Positions 25,043-31,849 of a stretch of DNA of 34,198 nt are shown piece by piece (the stretch's first letter is position 1; each line of letters starts with the position of its first letter). The notes beneath the pieces are model-generated. The model was not told where the DNA came from. It ran no database searches and worked only from the letters and a program-made list of their open reading frames with translations. Position numbers and translations under genes: made by a program. Source of the DNA: a virus (Duplodnaviria; Caudoviricetes); the IMG/VR virus record IMGVR_UViG_3300043442_001260, positions 1 through 34,198 of that record. One strand, written 5' to 3'.

Positions 25043-26863
25043 TTACTCCCAGTGGAATGGGTGTTGCTCAATACGGTGTTCCGATCGTCCGTAGTGAGCT
25101 ATGTCTTTCTCAACCCAGTAAGCTATTCTCCCTAGCGATTTGGCTGCGACTGCCGTTGTGCCAGAACCAGAAAATGGGTCTAAAACTAATCCGTCTGATG
25201 GGACATACAGGGTTATCAGTTTTTGCATTAACTCTAATGGCTTTTGCGTATCATGCCACCCCAGTCTTTCACTGCCCCCACACTGAGGAATAATAAAAGT
25301 TCTTGACGGTTGCTCGTCCCATCTTTTCTTATATTCATCGTATCCAAAGTAATGATCTCCTGCTTTGAATGCGATAAAAATATATTCAAAGTCTGGGCGC
25401 AATAGTGTTGGAGATAGTTGCGGTGGAGAGTTGGGCTTTAACCAAATGGCCTGTTCCCTTTCTGTTTCAAGCCCTATCTCTTGCGCTACCTTGATCAGTC
25501 TGTGATAAATATGCAATGTGCAGGTTGCAATAATTACACCTCCTGGGCTTAAAAATTTTTCAACCTTTGGCATCCATTCTTCTGGAGAAATTGCACTACC
25601 TTCGGTGTCATCAAAATTTTTATTGACTGATGTTTCTTTGCCGCTACGCAGCGTAAAACCGCCATTGCTTAACAGGTAAGGGGGATCGGTAATAATTGCA
25701 TTAAACTCAACCCCTCCAATGTCAGACAGTTCAAGATCTCGAATGTCTGCATTTATTCCAGTGGGAGCATATTTAACCTTGAGTGCATTTACTCGTTCTA
25801 GCTCTTCTCGCTTTTGCCGCTCAAGTTCATCTTTTGAAGCCTGGGCTTTTTGCCATTTTTCATAGCGATCGTTGCTTTTTTTAACCCAGTCTGTTAAAGA
25901 CTGACGCAATGCGTTTATCTTTTTAGCACTTGGAACTTGGTCGCCATTTACCAACTCTGGTAGCCGATCGATAAAACGGCTTTGAAGGTTGACAATTTCA
26001 AAGTAAGGTTGTTCGTTTTCATCAAACTGCCAAACTCCTTGTTCAGTTGACAGACTCTTTAAGTCCTCAATTGCCGTTGATACCCACATTTTTACTTTGT
26101 CTTGGAGCTTTTGCGGCGTTTCTGATGTCGCATCGGTAATAACCTTTTTTACCCAATACTCAGGGTTTAGAAAGCCATGCAATACCTGGGGAATATCGAC
26201 ATCTTTAATGGCAGAAACGATCGTCTCGGTTTGCTTGACACTCCATTCTTTTTCAATGAGCAATTCCGTCAACTGTTGCCAGTATTGTTCGGGGGATTTG
26301 TGGATGGCGGCAATGTGGTTAGCCTTGTCCAAAACATCACGGATGTCCGTGAGGTTTATTGCGTTGATAACAATGGCTGCATCTCGATAGGGACGCAACG
26401 TATTGTCATGTTTGCCAATAGTCTTTGCATATTCAGAAAGCCCACCTTTCTTACCTCGTCCACCTTCCGAAACTTCAACATATTTCAGAACGTGAATGCC
26501 GTATTCCAGGGGGGAAAGTTCGCCTTGGTTGTTGGCTAGAACCAATTCCATAAACGCCGCGTCATCGTCTATTTCTTTCACCCAACAAGGGAGGGAGTTG
26601 CAGCCTGCTTTTATGGCCGCTTTGTGGCGGGTATGTCCAGAGATGATCTGGTATTGAGTACCCAGTGGGCGCACCAATAATGCGTAGCAGGGGTTAAACC
26701 CGCTTTCTGTAATAGATCGGGCGATCGTGTCGATAATGTCTTCCCGATAAATTAGGCGCGGGTTATCGGGGTGTGGTTGCAGATTGTCCACTGGCAACCA
26801 CTGGATTTCTGCATACAGATTGGTATCAGTACCTTTCAGATCGAGCAAACTAAGTTGAGTCAT
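25043..26863 (-). CDS. ParB-like N-terminal domain fused to an N6A/N4C DNA methyltransferase (beta class)
   Basis: L.PHPDNPR, YQIISGHTR..A, LSPLE. C-terminal ITDPPY, H.TQKP, VLDPFSGSGTT. Confidence 0.9.
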   Translation of the reverse strand: MTQLSLLDLKGTDTNLYAEIQWLPVDNLQPHPDNPRLIYREDIIDTIARSITESGFNPCYALLVRPLGTQYQIISGHTRHKAAIKAGCNSLPCWVKEIDDDAAFMELVLANNQGELSPLEYGIHVLKYVEVSEGGRGKKGGLSEYAKTIGKHDNTLRPYRDAAIVINAINLTDIRDVLDKANHIAAIHKSPEQYWQQLTELLIEKEWSVKQTETIVSAIKDVDIPQVLHGFLNPEYWVKKVITDATSETPQKLQDKVKMWVSTAIEDLKSLSTEQGVWQFDENEQPYFEIVNLQSRFIDRLPELVNGDQVPSAKKINALRQSLTDWVKKSNDRYEKWQKAQASKDELERQKREELERVNALKVKYAPTGINADIRDLELSDIGGVEFNAIITDPPYLLSNGGFTLRSGKETSVNKNFDDTEGSAISPEEWMPKVEKFLSPGGVIIATCTLHIYHRLIKVAQEIGLETEREQAIWLKPNSPPQLSPTLLRPDFEYIFIAFKAGDHYFGYDEYKKRWDEQPSRTFIIPQCGGSERLGWHDTQKPLELMQKLITLYVPSDGLVLDPFSGSGTTAVAAKSLGRIAYWVEKDIAHYGRSEHRIEQHPFHWE

Positions 26864-26938
26864 ATATTAAAAATAGGTAGGCCAGTCAAATTCAAGCAAA
26901 GAAAAACGATCGCTCCCGTGGGGGAAACGATCGCTTGG

Positions 26939-27457
26939 TTAGTATGAAATTTCACCAGGATCAGAGTGCCGATCCTGTGAAATTTCGACATTGCGCTGCC
27001 AATTTTTGAGGATCGACTTTAACTGCTCGATCGCCTCTAGGGAACGGTTCAGGGAAGTGTTAGCCTCCTTGAGTTCGTCCTTGAGTCTGCGAATACGGCG
27101 TTTCAAGCATTCCTGTTCGTATTCTGCATTTTGAATTAGCAGCGCTAAAGTTCCCCCATGCGTTGAGGGGACGATCCGAGCTCCAGTTCCTCGAACGCCG
27201 GATCCGTTCCCGCTACCGATCGGGCAAACTGCTCCAGAAACTCGTTCCGGTTCAGTCCCAGAGACTGAGCCTTCTCCTGTAGCAGGTTCCACGCCGTTGC
27301 GGTCACACGGGCGCTCACCTGTATCTTGGGCTCCCCATACTGCATGGGCTTGGCCCTCACAGCGATCGTCTTGCGCGATCGGGAGGGAGGTGGAGCCTTT
27401 TTGGATGGGTTTGTTTTTGTCATTGCATTGAACTTCCACTAAATGATCAGAACTCAT
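26939..27457 (-). CDS. Hypothetical protein with C-terminal coiled coil; overlaps the RHH gene
   Basis: Strong AGGAGG RBS before ATG 27457. Heptad pattern in the last ~70 aa. Confidence 0.6.
   Translation of the reverse strand: MSSDHLVEVQCNDKNKPIQKGSTSLPIAQDDRCEGQAHAVWGAQDTGERPCDRNGVEPATGEGSVSGTEPERVSGAVCPIGSGNGSGVRGTGARIVPSTHGGTLALLIQNAEYEQECLKRRIRRLKDELKEANTSLNRSLEAIEQLKSILKNWQRNVEISQDRHSDPGEISY
27145..27423 (-). CDS. Ribbon-helix-helix (CopG-like) regulator
   Basis: YGEPK..VSARVTATAWNLLQEKAQSLGLNRNEFLEQFAR. Confidence 0.75.
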   Translation of the reverse strand: MTKTNPSKKAPPPSRSRKTIAVRAKPMQYGEPKIQVSARVTATAWNLLQEKAQSLGLNRNEFLEQFARSVAGTDPAFEELELGSSPQRMGEL

Positions 27458-27484
27458 GGTTCTCCTCCTATTTTGTCACAGCCC

Positions 27485-27545
27485 TGTCAAGATGTATTGA
27501 CTTAGAAGTATATACTATGGTTAGAATATGCTAAAGTCAATACAC
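27485..27545. promoter_or_regulatory. Control region between divergent operons with an 11-bp inverted repeat
   Basis: tgtattgactt (27493-27503) and aagtcaataca (27534-27544), each containing TTGACT. Minus strand TTGACT-17-TAGTAT. Confidence 0.75.
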
Positions 27546-27672
27546 AAGAAAAGCCCTACGGCAAGAAAAACACATGATGACGAATTACCCATCGGAAACC
27601 GCCCCAAGCTTTTGGGAGTTTCCGCTCCCCCTCGCAATAACGATCGCATTTACGAACTCAAGGACGAGATGA

Positions 27673-27870
27673 ATGGAAGAACTACCATTAGAGAAAAAAT
27701 TTGAATTGCAGCGCTTTACTAACTCCCTGCAAAACGCCAGCAGGGAAGATCTTGTAGAGATCTGCACCAAAACTTACGCACTCTACCTGAACTATCAGTT
27801 CACAGTCAGCAAAATTATCAAGTCCGAAATTACTCAAGGAGTAAGCCAATGGAAGCCTCCGCAACAGTAA
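27673..27870 (+). CDS. nblA: NblA-like phycobilisome degradation protein
   Basis: ELPLEKKFELQRF...LQNASREDL..I....Y..YL......SKIIK matches the NblA pattern (L.LEQ.F....F...V...S.EQ). 65 aa. Confidence 0.75.
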   Translation: MEELPLEKKFELQRFTNSLQNASREDLVEICTKTYALYLNYQFTVSKIIKSEITQGVSQWKPPQQ

Positions 27871-28235
27871 CAATTCCCCACCTCTCGATCGTCCCCGATA
27901 CTGAAGCACCCCGGATCACCCTACTAGAGGCTGATCTAATGCACCTTTGGTGTTTGGGAATCCTCAACGACAAAGCTTATGTGTACCTTATTCTCCGGCA
28001 TCTCTTTAGCACTAAGTGGAGCGATCGTCTGGAGGATGGACAGTTCCCCTCCAAAATTGAATTGTCCCAGAGCGATCTGCTCTATATCTCTAGCGCCTGG
28101 AGTGCTGACAGCAAAGAGTTAACGGACAAAAAAATTCTCACAGCGATCGTCGCACTAACAAACCTGAAAGAGTGCGTCTGTCTGAGTGCGGTGCAGCAGT
28201 TGTCCCTACTCGATCCGGGGGCGCTTTTTTTATGA
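27849..28235 (+). CDS. Hypothetical protein
   Basis: 128 aa, overlapping both neighbours in the operon. Confidence 0.6.
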   Translation: MEASATVTIPHLSIVPDTEAPRITLLEADLMHLWCLGILNDKAYVYLILRHLFSTKWSDRLEDGQFPSKIELSQSDLLYISSAWSADSKELTDKKILTAIVALTNLKECVCLSAVQQLSLLDPGALFL

Positions 28236-29017
28236 TGAAGCCGGTCGGTGGATATTACGGGGGGAAGGCGCGGCTGCGAGAAGCCATCAGCGCCTACTTC
28301 CCACCTCACCAGAAATTTGTAAGCCCCTTTGCAGGGTTCGCCAGTGTGGAACTTTGCAAGCGCCCTTGCGAGTTTGAAGTCTTGGCAGACATTAACCCCG
28401 GCACAGTAGCCTGTCTACAAGCGATCCGGGACTATCCCAGTGCCATGATTTCCCATTTGAAAAATGCCGACTGGGACAAGCGGTGGTTTGATCTGTGCAA
28501 GCTCACCCTGCAAGGACACGATCGCCACCCCACGCTAGTAGTTGGTATCGCAGCACTCGCTTACAGTGCCATGGCCAACCAGCGAGGCGGATCGGTTTCC
28601 GGCTACTCCCCCCAGCAGGCAGAGCGGGCCAGTCAGCGAGACTGGAGCTACCTGCTACCCATCAGCGATCGTTTGTCCACGGTGACGATAAAACGATCGG
28701 ACTGGCTGACCACACTGGAGGCGCACCCGCCAACGCCTGACACCCTTTATTACCTAGACCCGCCGTACATCAAGGGGGGTGAGTTTTACCAACACACTCT
28801 AGATGTAGCTGATCATGAGTTGCTGCTCTATCAAGTAGCGGATCCCCGGTTTACTGGAAAAGTGGTGATCTCAGGTTATGAGTCTGATATTTACGATCGC
28901 ATTTTGTCCGGCTGGCGCAGGGTGGAGCTACCCGCCCAAGACAACAAACGCCGGAACCGTACCGAAATACTTTGGATCTCCCATCAACCAGTTAACCGAC
29001 GAACTACCCATGAGTAA
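28232..29017 (+). CDS. Dam-like (D12 class) N6-adenine DNA methyltransferase
   Basis: YYGGK, FVSPFAG..SV, EVLADIN, YLDPPY, V.ISGY, RTEILW. Confidence 0.9.
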   Translation: MMKPVGGYYGGKARLREAISAYFPPHQKFVSPFAGFASVELCKRPCEFEVLADINPGTVACLQAIRDYPSAMISHLKNADWDKRWFDLCKLTLQGHDRHPTLVVGIAALAYSAMANQRGGSVSGYSPQQAERASQRDWSYLLPISDRLSTVTIKRSDWLTTLEAHPPTPDTLYYLDPPYIKGGEFYQHTLDVADHELLLYQVADPRFTGKVVISGYESDIYDRILSGWRRVELPAQDNKRRNRTEILWISHQPVNRRTTHE

Positions 29018-29426
29018 ACACTTGATCCTCTTCCGGGGACTTCCCGGATCCGGCAAAACCACATTGGCCAAGCTGCTGCTGAATACCTTATCAGACTACT
29101 CAGACGAAACTGTGAGTATAGCCGCAGACGACTATTTCACAGACTGTTTTGACGAGTACCATTTTGATCCCAACAGGATCGGAGATGCCCACGAGTGGTG
29201 CTACTCGCAAGCAGAAAGTTATATGCAGGCAGAGTTTGTTGCTATTGGGGTTCACAATACCTTTACCACTGAATCCGAAATGCAGCCCTATTTTGAATTA
29301 GCCAAACACTACGGCTATCAAGTGCATACCGTTATTGTTGAGAACCGCCACGGATCCGAAAATATCCACGGTGTTCCTCCTGAAAAACTCCAACTTTTCC
29401 GCGATCGTTTTGAGGTGAAACTGTGA
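29010..29426 (+). CDS. P-loop kinase (AAA_33 / polynucleotide-kinase-like)
   Basis: LILFRGLPGSGKTT, ADDYF, AHEWC, V.NTFT, VENRHGS.NIHGVP. Confidence 0.8.
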   Translation: MSKHLILFRGLPGSGKTTLAKLLLNTLSDYSDETVSIAADDYFTDCFDEYHFDPNRIGDAHEWCYSQAESYMQAEFVAIGVHNTFTTESEMQPYFELAKHYGYQVHTVIVENRHGSENIHGVPPEKLQLFRDRFEVKL

Positions 29427-29556
29427 AAACAACAGGACACTTTCTGCACCGCAAATTGATAACCATAACCTTTGACTCTCAAACCTCTGAAACGATCGAT
29501 CGACTCAGAGGAGAAATGCCACCCCGTCAATTTTTGGAAAAACTCATCGAACAGCA

Positions 29557-30084
29557 ATGCACTACTCAATCTCCACAGAGCTAGTCCAATGGCTCACTAA
29601 CTCGCAAAAGTCACTGCGATCGTCCGTTTTGTTTCGAGTTTACGAAAACCTCCTGTTCCTGTTTCTGATGAACAAACAGCAGGCTATTTATATCTCTATC
29701 AAAGAATATTCTCAGCAGATAGGGCTATCCCGCCATACTCTAGGCAGCTATATGTCCATTCTCAAAAAACAAGGGTGGATCGCCTATCACGAAAGTTATA
29801 ACCGCACGATGATCGTCTATTGGGTACGGTTGTCTGAGCGAGACGCTGCACCCAAAACAGTTGAGCCAGGGGTAAAAATTAAATCCCCCAACGGCAAGGT
29901 CTATTTTGTCCGACTGGGACAATTCCGGGAGTTTGAGAAAAAACACGGGCTACCCGATCGCACTATCCAATACCTAAAACGCAGGTTTGAAGACGATCGG
30001 GACACCACTGATAGAATACAGTGGAAGCTTTTGGATATTGTCGAATGGGAACCCAAAATACCGAAGGAAAAGGTATCAAAATAG
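29557..30084 (+). CDS. Winged-helix DNA-binding protein
   Basis: SIKEYSQQIGLSRHTL..YM..LKKQGWI. Second HTH-like segment SPNGKVY...FREFEKKHGL. Confidence 0.6.
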   Translation: MHYSISTELVQWLTNSQKSLRSSVLFRVYENLLFLFLMNKQQAIYISIKEYSQQIGLSRHTLGSYMSILKKQGWIAYHESYNRTMIVYWVRLSERDAAPKTVEPGVKIKSPNGKVYFVRLGQFREFEKKHGLPDRTIQYLKRRFEDDRDTTDRIQWKLLDIVEWEPKIPKEKVSK

Positions 30085-30293
30085 ATCCGATCGTTGAGTC
30101 AGTCCGGCAGAAATTCCAACAGCGGAGCGCAGCCGGACAACTCAAATACAGAAGCACCCTAGACAGGACAGACCTGACAGCAAGGGACTGGCTAACCCAC
30201 GCACAGGAGGAAGCTATGGACTTTGTTCTCTACCTAGAACGCCTACTACTGCAATTTGATCCCGTAGCAGAAGAGGATGATCCTAGTCCCTAA
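30045..30293 (+). CDS. Conserved phage protein, MazG/nucleotide pyrophosphohydrolase-like
   Basis: RS..G..KY..TLDR.DL...DWL.HAQEEAMD..LYL. Start codon uncertain. Confidence 0.55.
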   Translation: MGTQNTEGKGIKIDPIVESVRQKFQQRSAAGQLKYRSTLDRTDLTARDWLTHAQEEAMDFVLYLERLLLQFDPVAEEDDPSP

Positions 30294-30362
30294 AAATATT
30301 TTTGCCTAATGTGTTGACAAGCGTTAGATAACGGTTTAATATTAGATCATTGAAAAACACAA
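30289..30362 (+). promoter_or_regulatory. Promoter/operator/leader unit
   Basis: TTGACA-17-TAATAT with CGTTAgaTAACG (30322-30333) and GAAAAACACAA. Confidence 0.9.
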
Positions 30363-30382
30363 ACGCCGGAGGCAAAACCACC

Positions 30383-30811
30383 ATGACTAAATATCAAACC
30401 GAAGCCGGACACAACAAAATCAAAAATTCGCGGCCCTACACCTGGGTGAATATCTGCGGTGTTTACACCGCAGTTACGAATACTGGCTATATGCTCTATT
30501 TAGCAAAAATGGGCAGCCAATGGTTCCTGTCGGCAGACGAACATCATCATGATGACATTGATGACAATGGGTTCAAGACTTTGGCTGAAGCCAAGGAATA
30601 CGCTCAGGAGTGGGGTGATTTCTACGATGACTGTGTTTCAGAATGCATTCGGATTCATGATCCCGCTGGCGAGTGGCAGATCTACGAATCCCAACCCATG
30701 TGGATTAGGGAGCTTTGGGACTGCTTCCTCTGGGGGCTGTACGATCGGAAAAAGGGGCCCATTACTACTCGGTTCTGCTATGAATTGTCGGAGCCTGCGA
30801 TAAAACTATAA
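30383..30811 (+). CDS. Acidic, aromatic-rich hypothetical protein (cassette)
   Basis: ATG at 30383 after GGAGG. Own promoter and terminator. Confidence 0.75.
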   Translation: MTKYQTEAGHNKIKNSRPYTWVNICGVYTAVTNTGYMLYLAKMGSQWFLSADEHHHDDIDDNGFKTLAEAKEYAQEWGDFYDDCVSECIRIHDPAGEWQIYESQPMWIRELWDCFLWGLYDRKKGPITTRFCYELSEPAIKL

Positions 30812-30842
30812 TTCACCGCCCCGAAAGGGGCTTTTTTATTGC
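30808..30842 (+). terminator. Intrinsic terminator overlapping both convergent stop codons
   Basis: gcccc-gaaa-ggggc-tttttt. Confidence 0.85.
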
Positions 30843-31846
30843 AGTACCAGCAGTCTAAACGAAACCTTCCAGAACCCCTCCCGATCGTCCATGGCCATAA
30901 ATTGAGTTGACAGAGTATCGTCGATGAACCTGCACACCAAGTTCTCACCATTGTGGACGATCGTTAGAGGGTGGTGGGAACCATGACAAACCCAGAAATA
31001 ATTTTGCAGAATAGTTAACTCCTCACGGTTGAGGAGACGATCGAACGTTAACTTTTGCTTTCCAGTAGTCCACGCTGCCAACGGACTACGCCAGCCCCCA
31101 GCATTATCAAAACTCACCGTCTGGTAATTCAGTTCATAGTTCGTATCGTTAAAAATTCCCAGATCTAGCGCCAACCCTGGAGCCGTCCCTAGGGTTCCTG
31201 GTGAAACCCACACCGCAGGCGGCACCCGCAACTCCTCTACAGACAAGCTCGAAATATTCCAGATTTGTTCCCCAGACTCCTCGATCGCTCCCTTGAGTTG
31301 CAGCGTACAACTATCCTCAGTGAACGCCACCGGCACATCAAATTCAAAACTAGCAGTAATAGTCCCCACCGGAGGCGAAAAAAAGGACACCAGACCCCGT
31401 GCAGAGTCTAGCGTCCAATTGGAGTCACTGACCGCTATGTTGTTTACCTTAATCGCAAAACCAGAGGCAAGAGGTTTGCTGACGATCCTATCATAGTACG
31501 CACCGCCAACCGTGTAGCGCTTCACCACCTGGAACTGAGTTTTAACCCCATTCCCCACACCGATCGGACTGTCCACTGCTTGGTAGTCGCTCCAGTCTCG
31601 CCAGCGAAACCCCTCGTAACTACCGCGACGGGCCTCAAAAAAGTCCTTAATTGCTAGTGGATCACCCGCCTCCAAATAGAACGATCGATCGCCTATACTC
31701 CACCTGCCTAGCGGTGTACTCCACTCACTATTCCGTTGCTCGTTGCCATTACCATGCTCCACGATCGTGGTGCGCCATCGGTGCCCGCCTATGGCCCCAT
31801 AGTCGTATCCCAGATCTAGCCGTTCCTCAGAAAATGGTTGAGCCAT
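30836..31846 (-). CDS. GTA-like distal tail protein (DUF2460/TIGR02217-like) with C-terminal extension
   Basis: YGAIGG..W.T.IV...NG.EQRN..W, FFEARRG...GFRWRDWSD, G.G..TQFQ..K.Y, ITA.FEFDVPV.F. Confidence 0.88.
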   Translation of the reverse strand: MAQPFSEERLDLGYDYGAIGGHRWRTTIVEHGNGNEQRNSEWSTPLGRWSIGDRSFYLEAGDPLAIKDFFEARRGSYEGFRWRDWSDYQAVDSPIGVGNGVKTQFQVVKRYTVGGAYYDRIVSKPLASGFAIKVNNIAVSDSNWTLDSARGLVSFFSPPVGTITASFEFDVPVAFTEDSCTLQLKGAIEESGEQIWNISSLSVEELRVPPAVWVSPGTLGTAPGLALDLGIFNDTNYELNYQTVSFDNAGGWRSPLAAWTTGKQKLTFDRLLNREELTILQNYFWVCHGSHHPLTIVHNGENLVCRFIDDTLSTQFMAMDDREGFWKVSFRLLVLQ

Positions 31847-31849
31847 TGG

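Noticed and set aside
24521-26863. Type II restriction-modification pair (MTase plus downstream PD-(D/E)xK-like ORF)
   Set aside because: The nuclease call is weak and the ORF is short. ParB-MTase fusions are usually orphan phage enzymes. Cannot be supported without a search.
5167-30333. Integron attC sites (the operator contains ACCTAAC/GTTAGGT, matching RYYYAAC/GTTRRRY)
   Set aside because: The motif sits in promoter spacers upstream of genes, two copies do not fit the consensus, there is no long attC hairpin, and the integrase looks like a phage arm-type enzyme rather than IntI.
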